From: Dehalococcoidia bacterium | GTDB lineage: Bacteria; Chloroflexota; Dehalococcoidia; UBA2979 | DNA length: 64,000 nt | Direction of reading: 5' to 3' | NCBI GenBank assembly: GCA_965219085.1 | Contig: OZ244720.1 | Location: 2,560,001 to 2,624,000 of the forward strand | Shown here: in pieces, positions 1-8,520 of the stretch | How the letters are laid out: each line of letters starts with the position of its first letter | Position numbering within the stretch: the first letter of the stretch is position 1 | Notes under the pieces: generated by a model | The model's database searches: none | What the model was told of the DNA's origin: nothing | What the model saw: the letters and a program-made list of their open reading frames with translations, nothing else | Translations under genes and position numbers: made by a program

Positions 1-667
1 ATCGCCAACTGCGAACTCTGCCGCGATCGATCCGCCGGCGAGCGCGTGTCGCCGCAGTCGAGTTGGATCGGACGTGACTACGCGCCTAGAGGCGTCGCGT
101 TTTGTGCTCCAGAACCCCGTTGCGCCCCCGGACCGCGATGCATGGGCCAGGCGCGACGACGCCCTCACGCTCCTGCTACAGCAGTTCAGCGCGGAGCCAA
201 CCGCGCCGCAGTACCATCAGCTCGTGGCGGAAGTGCACGCCCAGATGCTGGGCCGCGATGATCGCAGCACCGAGGCGTGGGAGACCTGGACCGATCTGGT
301 CGGCAGGTGCGTCGAGGGTTGCCTCGAGCCAACGCATCTCGCGTGGATGAACGTGGCGAAATACCGCAGACCGCGGCAGCAGAACCTGCTTGGCGAAGAG
401 CGGAATCACGGCGTCTACCATCTGCGCGAGGAGCTTCGAGTACTGCAGCCACGCCTCATCGTGACGGCTGGCCGGGAGGCCCAGCAGGCCGTGCGCCGCA
501 TCGAGGGTGAGTGGGCTGAACCGCTCTACGTGCCACTACAGAATCCACAGCCGAGTCAGACGCTCGCAGTGTTGAGTCGGATCCAGCGCGAGCGGCTTTG
601 CCGCCGGGAGCCGACGGGCAAGAAGGCACGCAAGCGCGCCACCCACGCAAACCGAATCGGGCGGTGA
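1..667 (+). pseudogene. Uracil-DNA glycosylase (family 4-like) superfamily protein, copy 1; 5'-truncated by window edge, +1 frameshift near 100-103
   Basis: Frame 1 reads IANCELCRD..GVAF. An extra T (gcgttttgtg vs gcgttcgtg in the copy at 10832) shifts into ORF 74..667. Motifs CxxC, WMNVAKYRRP and LREELRVLQPRLIVTAG resemble UDG-F4. The indel could be a sequencing error. Confidence 0.6.
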
Positions 668-689
668 TGGCTGGACCGAGGAACTGCCG

Positions 690-1460
690 ATGTCGACACT
701 GATCGAGCACCTGCGATCCTTCAACCGGAAGGAGCGCTTCATCCTGCTCCGCGAGGCGCTCGGTAGCGACACCGTCGGCGACGCGTTCCGCCGGCGACTC
801 GGGGACTCCATTGGCAAAGCGGTGCCCGACGATGCGTTCGTCGCGATGGACTACCACCTCGACTGGCTGCAGATGGCGCTCTATCTGGCGGCCACTCCCT
901 CCCCGCCGGAGCGAATCCCCAACGACCAGCTCGTCTCCGGCAACCAGGAAGACGCCGACCTGCTCGTCGCGTTCAATGGCGACTCGACGACGCACGTCGT
1001 CCTGATTGAAGCCAAGGTGGAGGCGAACTGGACGAACAGGCAGCTCAACTCGAAGGCCGGGCGGCTCAGCCGGATCTTCGGGAAAGCCCGGCCCGGCGTT
1101 CACCTCGCAACGCCTCACTGCGTGCTGGCATCACCCGAACCGCCCCCTCCGGGCATCAGCACTGCCGAGTGGCCCGAGTGGATGAAACCGCGTGGCGAGC
1201 CGGTCTGGATGGAACTCGAACGACCTGCCGGGCTGAAGAAGCCGACGCGCTGCACGGCGCGCGGCAGGACCTCGAGGCGGGGCCGCTTCGTGCGCATCGA
1301 CTCGTTGAGCGGCGGAGACCAGCCGGAGGCGCCGGGCGTCGGTCCGCGCGAGATCCCGCACAACGGCCAGACGTACACAGTCGACGCCGCAGGCTTCGTC
1401 CTGCTGGCCTCGGGCCGGCGCGACAAGCGCTACAGGTACCCGCTCGGCAAGCGCCCCTGA
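690..1460 (+). CDS. Putative PD-(D/E)XK nuclease-fold protein, copy 1
   Basis: 256-aa ORF with GAGG RBS and QEDADLLVAF...VVLIEAK (D...ExK) motif; paralog at 11583..12353. Confidence 0.6.
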   Translation: MSTLIEHLRSFNRKERFILLREALGSDTVGDAFRRRLGDSIGKAVPDDAFVAMDYHLDWLQMALYLAATPSPPERIPNDQLVSGNQEDADLLVAFNGDSTTHVVLIEAKVEANWTNRQLNSKAGRLSRIFGKARPGVHLATPHCVLASPEPPPPGISTAEWPEWMKPRGEPVWMELERPAGLKKPTRCTARGRTSRRGRFVRIDSLSGGDQPEAPGVGPREIPHNGQTYTVDAAGFVLLASGRRDKRYRYPLGKRP

Positions 1461-1523
1461 GGACCGCCGGCGCTGCGCCCGGGTGACCACGGTGGCCCGT
1501 CAACACCGGCTCGGCACCTCCGG

Positions 1524-1950
1524 CTATCCCCGCGCCGCAGTTGATCGACTCGCCTCAGCAGCGCCGTGATGAGTCCAGACTCGATCGCTTGCGCGAGGGA
1601 GCCTTCGGCAAAGCGGTCCCGGCGGATCACCACCGTCAGGAGCCGTGCGAGGTCGAGCACGGCCGCCTGTTTGAGCATCCCGCGGTCATCCCGAAGGCAC
1701 CGAGCCTCCGGCGTCTCCGCCCACGCGGACCAATCGAAGTCGGGGCCCACCCAGCCGTCGCGATAGGCCACCTCAACGAACCGGGAGGTGAGTTCCGTGG
1801 GAGAGAACCGGGCATCGTGAAGCTGCCGGGCTCCACCTCGTTCCCACCTTGCCAATTCCCGAAGTCGGCGTCGGGGGCCTCGAAGGCCGGAAGGAGGGCC
1901 GCCAAGCCATCAAGCCGCGGTTCGGCCAGCTCGCCGCGTTGATCGGTCAA
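1524..1950 (-). pseudogene. DUF6508-like protein, frameshifted
   Basis: TTG start with GGAGG RBS. LAALLPAF..FTMP (ORF 1636..2031) switches frame near 1810 to FSPTELTSRFVEVAYRDGWVGPDFDW..RDRFAEGSLAQAIESGLITALLRR (ORF 1430..1855). A second indel lies before the TAG at 1524-1526. Confidence 0.6.
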
Positions 1951-2175
1951 GGTACGAGTCCTCCCGTGCCGCGCGCCTCGTCGGACCTCGTGGCGAACGC
2001 TTGGCGCCGCGACCGCCGCCATCCGCTCCATGCGCCATCAGGTCCATGATCGTGTCGGCGTCGTCGATCACGCTGCGGTCGGGTCCGCGCAGCCGCAGAC
2101 TATAGCGCGCCTGGGGCAACGACCATCAGGCGCGCGACCCGCCTGGCGGGCGCACTCGCTGGCGACTCCGCTCCG

Positions 2176-2466
2176 CTATCTACCGGTCGCGTCCAGATCC
2201 GCCCCGGCAGGCAGATCCCGGTCGGGGCGCACCAGGATGCCCTGTAGCCCGAGCGCCGCGGCGATCGTGACCAGTGCGTACAGGTGCCCCGAGGCGGGCG
2301 CGACGCCCCGTCGCCACTCGCGGAGCCGGTAGGGCCGGACGCCGAGCAACCGCGCTAGCGATCGCACGCCGAGCCCGGACGCCACGCGGAACTCCTCGAT
2401 CCGCTCCCCGAAGTCGTCCGGGAGGTCGGAGACGACGGGCCGATGCACCAGCGTCCGGGTCGACAC
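2176..2466 (-). CDS. XRE-family helix-turn-helix protein
   Basis: GTG start next to upstream stop; FGERIEEFRVASGLGVRSLARLLGV..LREWRRG is a Cro/C1-type HTH. Confidence 0.7.
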   Translation of the reverse strand: MSTRTLVHRPVVSDLPDDFGERIEEFRVASGLGVRSLARLLGVRPYRLREWRRGVAPASGHLYALVTIAAALGLQGILVRPDRDLPAGADLDATGR

Positions 2467-2467
2467 G

Positions 2468-2758
2468 TCAGGAACCCCCGCGTCCGTCCTGCGAGCCGCT
2501 GTCGTCGTCCCGCAGGATCGCGGCGCCGCCCGGGATGCGGTCGGCGAGCAGGAACAGCGCGGCCATCGCGAAGCCGTTCGGCAGCGTGCCCTTGCGCCAG
2601 CGCTGCAGCTGGCGCGGATCGACGCCCAGGCAGGCCGCCAGCCCATCCCAGGGAAGGCCGAGCGCCTGCTTGAGGCGAGCGAGGCGCGCCGGGAGGTCGT
2701 TCACGACGGGCGTCGCGTCGACGAACAGGTGCGACGGGGGGTAGGAGCTGCGCCTCAT
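2468..2758 (-). CDS. XRE-family helix-turn-helix protein
   Basis: LARLKQALGLPWDGLAACLGVDPRQLQRWRKGTLP; ATGA overlap with the upstream small ORF. Confidence 0.75.
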   Translation of the reverse strand: MRRSSYPPSHLFVDATPVVNDLPARLARLKQALGLPWDGLAACLGVDPRQLQRWRKGTLPNGFAMAALFLLADRIPGGAAILRDDDSGSQDGRGGS

Positions 2759-2943
2759 ACCGCGCCATCCTCCTCACCGGCCGGCTTCGTGGCGGTAGCG
2801 CTGCAGCGCGTCGACGGCGCCGCGGCCGGATCGCCGTCGGGATGGTCCATGTAGAGGTGAGGATGGGCGAGCGCGTGGCGCGCGATGATGCGGGCCAGCC
2901 GGCGCAGGCCGTCGAGGCGCATCCGCTCCCGCTCGTCGTCCAT
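2755..2943 (-). CDS. Small recombinase-associated protein (ERxRLxGLRxLARIIAR), copy 1
   Basis: 62 aa MDDERERMRLDGLRRLARIIARH..; the motif recurs at 12842..13027 and 32923..33105. Confidence 0.6.
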   Translation of the reverse strand: MDDERERMRLDGLRRLARIIARHALAHPHLYMDHPDGDPAAAPSTRCSATATKPAGEEDGAV

Positions 2944-3190
2944 CCGTGGCTGCGTATCCACACTCGTCTCCAGTGGGCGCGCCAACTGCGCCCTCGAATC
3001 GCGACCGTTCACGGAACGGCTGTCCCATGCACGTGAGCGTCCGCGATGGACGACCTCGACACCATCCCCTGCAAGGGGATTGCACGCGTGAAATGGTCTC
3101 GACCGTCGCTCCGTAGCCATGTCCGTCTCCCGCGCGCGCGGGCGGTGCCGGTGATGGCCAGCCCGCCGCGGCTGGAGTATGCTCGTGGTG

Positions 3191-3206
3191 AAACATACGT
3201 ACGTAT
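3191..3206. promoter_or_regulatory. Putative operator (perfect 12-bp palindrome ATACGTACGTAT) in divergent promoter region
   Basis: AT-rich palindrome at 3195-3206, downstream of TATGCT (3178-3183), between the HTH operon and the recombinase. Confidence 0.35.
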
Positions 3207-3369
3207 CGTAGCCCCCGCGCGGCGGCAGGGCAGTCCCTCCGACGGGCGATCGGCGCGATTCCCGGGAATCGCTAGCTGCGATGTAGCTGGAGTGCGACAA
3301 ACGTTTACAGCGGAGCCGCAGCAGGCCGGGCCGACCGGTAGATTGGCCCCGAGCGAGGAGCACGAATCG

Positions 3370-5000
3370 ATGCCAGAACGAACCGAACCCACCCCCGCCG
3401 CCCTCTAGGCGCGCGTCTCCAGCGACCGCCAGGACGTCGACCTCTCCGTCTCCGCGCAGCTCCGCGCGCTGCGCGACTACGCCGAGCGCAACGGCTACGC
3501 CGTCGTCCGCGAGTATGTCGACGAGGCGGAGAGCGGCCGCATCGCCGACCGCCCGCAGTTCACGAAGATGCTCGACGCCGCACGCGAGCCCGACGCGCCG
3601 TTCCGTGAGATTCTCGTGTGGAAGTTCTCGCGCTTCACCCGCAAGCGCGAGCACGCCGTCGCCTTCAAGTCGATGCTGCGCCGCCGCGGGATCAGGGTGA
3701 CCTCGATCACCGAGCACGCCGACGACTCCCCGACCGGCAAGCTGATGGAGGCGATCATCGAGAGCGTCGACGACTTCTACTCCGAGAATCTTGCTCAGGA
3801 AGTGATGCGCGGTCTCCGCGAGTCCGCCTCGCGCGGCTTCTGGGTCGCACTGCGCCCGCCATACGGTTATCGCAAGGTCAAGGTCCACGACGGCCCGAGG
3901 GAGCGCCCGAAGCTCGAGCTGAACCCGCCCGCCGACGGCCTGGTGCGGCGCACCTTCGAGATGGCGCTCGCGGGCCGCAGCGTGCTCGACATCAGCAAGA
4001 CGTTCAACGCCGAGGGCATTCCCAGTCCCGGGGGCAAGCGCTGGAGCAAGACGACGATCCACCAGATGCTCTCCAATGAGACGTACGCCGGCACGCTGCA
4101 GTGGGGCGTCACCGCAAAGGACGGGCTGCCGCCGGTCCGCGTCGAGGACGCCTTCCCCGCCGTCGTCTCGAAGGACGAGTTCCGGCAAGTCGCCGCCCTC
4201 CTGCGCGCGAAGGCGCCCGCGCAGGTCCACCCCCGGCGTTCCGGCAGCCCCTATCTGCTGAGCGGGCTGGTGCGGTGCCGGAAGTGCCGCCGCGCGCTCA
4301 CGGGGGCGGAGGCGAAGAGCGGGAAGTACAGCTACTACGTCTGCCAGTCCCTCTTGAAGCGGGGCAGCGGCACCTGCGAGACGCCACGCCTCAACGCGCA
4401 GCGCTTCGAGCGGCTGATCGTCGAGCAGATCCGGGAGCACATCCTCACCGAGTCCAACATCCGCGACCTCGTGCGCCTCGTCGACGAGGAGATGGACGGC
4501 GTGGCCCGAGAGGAGCGGGCAAGCTGGAGAGCGTCGAGGCCGAGCTGGCCGAGGTGCGCCGCAAGATGGACCGGCTGTGGCACGCGGTCGAGACCCCCGA
4601 CCTCGAGGTCAACGACATCCTGCCGCGGCTCCGGCAGCACCAGGAGAGTCAGGAGCGCCTCGAGGCTGCGGCCGAGGAGACGCGGAGGAGCTTGGCGGAG
4701 CGCCGCGCGGTGCTGGACAGTGCAGAGGTGATCGCAGCGTTCGCGCGCGAGATGAGCGAGTTCCTGAGGACCAGCGAGCTGACCGAATCGAAGGCGTTCA
4801 TCCGCTCCTTCGTGCAGGAGATCGCGGTGAGGCCCGGGACGGCGACGATCCGCTACACGATCCCGACGCCGCCGGACAGCCCGATCGGCGGGCGGGACGC
4901 AGCCGAGGTCGAGTTGCCAGAGGCAGTTCGCAGTACAGTCAGCTTTGGCTGGCCAAAGAAGACTGTACTGCGAACTTTTGAACTGAGCGTGGCGCTGTAA
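3370..5000 (+). pseudogene. Large serine recombinase (resolvase + recombinase + Zn ribbon), disrupted
   Basis: MPERTEPTPAAL*ARVSS: TAG at 3406-3408 replaces the Y of YARVS. Then SRFTR, YLLSGLVRCRKC and YYVC. A one-base deletion near 4517 moves the C-terminus into ORF 4101..5000. Confidence 0.9.
4925..4976. repeat. 52-bp near-perfect palindrome, attP-like site inside the recombinase 3' end
   Basis: AGTTCGCAGTACAGTC-AG-CTTTGGC-[TG]-GCCAAAG-AA-GACTGTACTGCGAACT. Confidence 0.8.
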
Positions 5001-5107
5001 CGGGAGCCCTGTGCGCGGCATGCGCTCGCACCGGACGCGGTGCTTCGTTGGCTGGCGCGCCGGAATGTGATGGGCTTGCTGCGCTTCGAATCAGCGAGGC
5101 TAGGCGG

Positions 5108-5443
5108 TCACGGCGCACCCTGCGGGCGTGGGCCAGCGTGCTCGCTGCAGGCGCGGGCCGCCGCTCCGCCGATGAATCGCACAAGGGCTAGAGCAAGGTC
5201 CCGCTCGGCCTCGTGCTCGCCGTACGGGTCAGGGTCGGGAGCGGGTTCGCCGAGGTCGCGCGCAACGGCGTCCCCTGTGGCCTGAATGTGTGCGTGCCGG
5301 AGGGTGATCGCCACCCTCTCTAGGGCGATCGCCAGCAGGCGCAAGTCTCCCGTGATCTCGACATCCCCCTCACCCCGAGCGTCGATGCTCGTGCCGTCGG
5401 TATCGCGATCGAGCACCACGCGCAGCGTCAGTGCCGGTACCAT
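5108..5443 (-). CDS. Hypothetical protein
   Basis: 111 aa, ATG preceded by GGAG; protein-like composition (LTLRVVLDRD..LRLLAIALERVAITL). Confidence 0.5.
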   Translation of the reverse strand: MVPALTLRVVLDRDTDGTSIDARGEGDVEITGDLRLLAIALERVAITLRHAHIQATGDAVARDLGEPAPDPDPYGEHEAERDLALALVRFIGGAAARACSEHAGPRPQGAP

Positions 5444-5606
5444 GAGTAACTCCGCTCCTGACGCCAAAGGCGGCGAGCGTCGCGGGCGGCGTCCTCCGCA
5501 TGGTAACCGCGGCGAACCGCAGCCCCGGCTTCACTTGGAGGCTGCCGGTTGCTCTCCCCCTTCTACAGCGGTTCTCCAACCTCCGTCTTCGCCTGGACCG
5601 CGCCAG

Positions 5607-5828
5607 CTAGACCGGCACGATCGCATCGAAGACCGAACGCACCTCGGCCGCAGCCAGTCCTCCCAGCACGACCAACGCGGTCGCCGCCACCAGCGTGAGA
5701 ACCGCCATCAATGCTGCGTATGGTCTCTCACCACCTGCGTGGAGCCTGATGGCCGTCGTGAGCCATCACGCGACGCGCAGCACAGCGAACACCGCACCCC
5801 CGAAGTACCACGCGAAAGATTCGCTCAT
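5607..5828 (-). pseudogene. Small two-TM membrane protein with in-frame TGA
   Basis: GAGGAGGAG RBS, then MSESFAWYFGGAVFAVLRVA*WLTTAIRLH..ALMAVLTLVAATALVVLGGLAAA..VPV*; TGA at 5766-5768. Confidence 0.5.
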
Positions 5829-6489
5829 TGCTCCTCCTCTTCCCTGCCCCCGCGCGGTGGGGGATCGACCGCGACCGGTTCCACGACCGCCGTACCTGGC
5901 CTCAGCCAAGTCGCCACTCACCCCCCGTGCGCGTGGCCACCGCCTCGCGGCAGCGCCCTCATGCCTCGATCCCTCGCGCTGCTTCCCGCGCTTGGTGAGC
6001 AGTGCACCCGGACTTCCCCTGAGGTGCGTTACGGCCTGACGGGAACACGTCGCGAATCGCCCTTACGTGCCCGGCGGTTGAAGGGTCCCGCATCATCGTC
6101 CGGCTGGCTTGCCCGCGCTCGACCCATCACCCGGGACTTCCGCGAGCGCCGACGTTGCATCCCGGACCCGAGCCAATACATGCATAGGTCCCTGCGTATC
6201 GGCGCGAAGGTTGCTGGCCGGGTTTCCCGTGCCCGCCGTTCTGGCCCTCGAGCGGGAGGCGACTCACGCTCCCGATGACGCGATCTGGCGGCTAACGCTG
6301 TCATCCCTCTCGGCGCAGTCCTCGACCGAGCAGTCCCGCACGGCGTGCTGCCGGAGGAGCGGGCCGCCCGCACGCCTGACGCCGCCCGCCGTCCTGTCCG
6401 TCGATGCATCGAGGTGGGACGTGCCCAAGTGCCTGCTGCCGACGCTGCTCAGGCCCGCTGAGAGGGCGCGCTCGACCTGCTCGCCGATT

Positions 6490-6857
6490 GGCCGTGGCTC
6501 AGCCCCGAGCACCTGCAGGCGCTGCTCAGTGTTTGGCGTGCGCGGACCGCGCAGATCGCCTCGGCCCTCCGGGACCACGGACTCGCGCCGCGCGTGTCGG
6601 CGGCCAACGGGTGCCTCGTCCTCACCGAGCGCGGTCGGCCTACCGACAACCATGGCGTTCGGCCCAATATCCTTGTCGTCTTCAGCGACGAACTCGCTGT
6701 GCACCACTTCCTGCGCGTGGCGCTGGAAGAAATCGGACGCACGGGCGTTGATCTGCCGCTGCGGGTCTCGCACGCGAACCTCGTTGAGGCCGAGGGGGCT
6801 GCTAGGGGCGGCCTGGCTGACGCCTGGGAACCGGGCTTTGCGTTCGGGAGCCGCTGA
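6490..6857 (+). pseudogene. 3' remnant of a replication-relaxation-like gene
   Basis: RPTDNHGVRPNILVVFSDELAVHHFLR..PLRVSH matches the remnant at 10628-10781 and resembles the C-terminus (HEGRPPMVLFVFETE..AFLR) of 39314..41323. Confidence 0.45.
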
Positions 6858-6880
6858 TCCGCCCGGACGGTGTCCGCTCG

Positions 6881-7729
6881 TTACGCATCCCGCAGCTCCG
6901 GCAGCGCGGCGCGGGTACCGACAACGAGGCCGGCATCGCGCACCTGCGCGATGAGCTGTTCCCAGAGCCCGCGCAGCGTCTCGGGATCGAGGCCGCACGT
7001 CCGCTTGTGATTCTGCGCCAGCGTCCTGGTGAAGTACCGCTCGTCGAGTTCGATGCTCGGCCGCTCGAAGCCAGCATCGCGCCCGGCGCGCATGGCTGGG
7101 AAGAAACTGAACATCCCGTTGACCGGGTCGTCCCGCGTCGCTCCCCGGTAGAGCATGAGCGTCGACTCCTCGCCGTTGTCCACGAGCGGGCCGCCGGTCA
7201 CATCGAGGAAGGTGCCGGGTACCCAGTCCGCCAGCACGATGCGCGCCTCCGGCGCGGCATAGTCGACGTAGTCGGCGACGACCAGCACGGTGTCGAGCAC
7301 CCAGCCGCCTCTCTTGCTCCCGAACGCGATCACAGAGCCGCGCCCGAGGCGCCGCAGGCCGGGTCTCGTCGGCTGTAGGCAGTTCGAGTAGAGGAAGCGC
7401 TCGCCAAAGATGAACGGGTCGGTGTTGTGCAGGCGCTCATAGCCGCTCCGGGGGATCACGTAGTGCGGCATCCAGAGGTGCCTCGGGAGCCCGGGGGCAC
7501 CGGACGGGTCGAGATCGCGGATCAGGTCTGATTGGGCCTCCCACTCGCCCCACGCCCACAGGTCGCCCTCGTGGACGCGGCCGTCATCCGCGATCCAGTT
7601 GCCCTGGACCTGCATGAACTTCCGCGCGTGCCGGCTGTCGTACGTGTTCCATGGTTTCTCGCCGAGGCGATCCGGCAAGTGTTCACCGCCTGGATGCGGG
7701 AACTGCACAAAGCAGGCGCTATCGCTCAC
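6881..7729 (-). CDS. Hypothetical protein, possibly nucleotide-modification-associated (Nmad-like)
   Basis: GTG start overlapping upstream gene; motifs QFPHPGGEH, HARKF, WGEWEAQS, NTDPFIFG..FLYSNC, GSVIAFGS, LDTVLVV. Family assignment is tentative. Confidence 0.6.
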   Translation of the reverse strand: MSDSACFVQFPHPGGEHLPDRLGEKPWNTYDSRHARKFMQVQGNWIADDGRVHEGDLWAWGEWEAQSDLIRDLDPSGAPGLPRHLWMPHYVIPRSGYERLHNTDPFIFGERFLYSNCLQPTRPGLRRLGRGSVIAFGSKRGGWVLDTVLVVADYVDYAAPEARIVLADWVPGTFLDVTGGPLVDNGEESTLMLYRGATRDDPVNGMFSFFPAMRAGRDAGFERPSIELDERYFTRTLAQNHKRTCGLDPETLRGLWEQLIAQVRDAGLVVGTRAALPELRDA

Positions 7730-8486
7730 GCTGCCACGCCTCCACCACGCTCGCGCCCAGTTCGCGCTTCTGCCCGGCGGTGATCGTAAGCGGCGTCCTC
7801 CCCGCAGGACAGAAGACGAACAGCGCCCGGGCGCTGCCGACCTCGTACCAGCGCGACTCCACCTCGTAAGGGCGCCTACGGATCTCACCCCCACCTGTTC
7901 GCTCGAAGGTGTGAACGGTCTGCCACTCGCTGATGGCGTCGAATCGGATGCGATCGAGGTGGCGCCTCGCCACCGAGAGGACCACGACATGCGGCCGCAA
8001 CGTCTCCACCAGCGCGTGCCACAGGGGACCGCCGCCGCCTTCGAGCGTCGCACGCTCGGCCTCTGTGAGGCTGCTCCAGGTCGGGTTGGTGGCTACGGGC
8101 GAGCAGATGTCGGTGTGCAGGGCGGTGGAGGCCTCGCCGTCGTAGTAGCTTGCAGACGCGCCATTGAGCAGCGGCTCGAAGTGCCTGAACCAGTTGCGGT
8201 AGGGATCGGTTCGGAAGTACGCCGAGAGTGCATCAATGTAGCGACCGTCGTCCTTCGGCGTGACGCCCGCAGCGAGCGGGAACCGCCGGAAAGGGTCCTC
8301 GGCAGGAAACTCTTCCAGCGAGGGATTCAGCCCGACGGTCAGCATCCGCAGTGGCGAGGAGCGGTATGCGGCGAGGTCGCCGAAGAAGAGGATGGGGCTG
8401 GCCGGGCCCACGCGAGCTGGCAGGGCCGCAGCACGCTCGAACGCGCGCCATGCCTCATCTACCAGTTCACCGACGCTCACCTGCAT
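7719..8486 (-). CDS. UDG-superfamily-like protein (GLNPS motif)
   Basis: PILFFGD..LTVGLNPS resembles the MUG/TDG GxNP motif; LVETLRPHVVVLS matches the UDG P-x-hydrophobic strand. Confidence 0.55.
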   Translation of the reverse strand: MQVSVGELVDEAWRAFERAAALPARVGPASPILFFGDLAAYRSSPLRMLTVGLNPSLEEFPAEDPFRRFPLAAGVTPKDDGRYIDALSAYFRTDPYRNWFRHFEPLLNGASASYYDGEASTALHTDICSPVATNPTWSSLTEAERATLEGGGGPLWHALVETLRPHVVVLSVARRHLDRIRFDAISEWQTVHTFERTGGGEIRRRPYEVESRWYEVGSARALFVFCPAGRTPLTITAGQKRELGASVVEAWQRER

Positions 8487-8520
8487 CCTCACCCCTACCG
8501 CCGGCTAATCTCAGCGTCGG

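Larger units (their letters stand above)
1..2950. repeat. Diverged direct segmental duplication, copy 1 (copy 2 at 10895..13030)
   Basis: Colinear high nucleotide similarity across UDG-like, nuclease, DUF6508, HTH and small ORF; copy 2 lacks about 1761-2570. Confidence 0.9.

Noticed and set aside
3406-3408. In-frame TAG (and TGA at 5766-5768) as pyrrolysine or selenocysteine recoding
   Set aside because: Single substitutions of TAC (conserved Tyr) and probably TGG explain them; no recoding machinery is visible and the recombinase also has a frameshift.
2755-4440. 561-aa minus-strand ORF
   Set aside because: Antisense shadow of the recombinase; only its last 62 codons look like a real gene.
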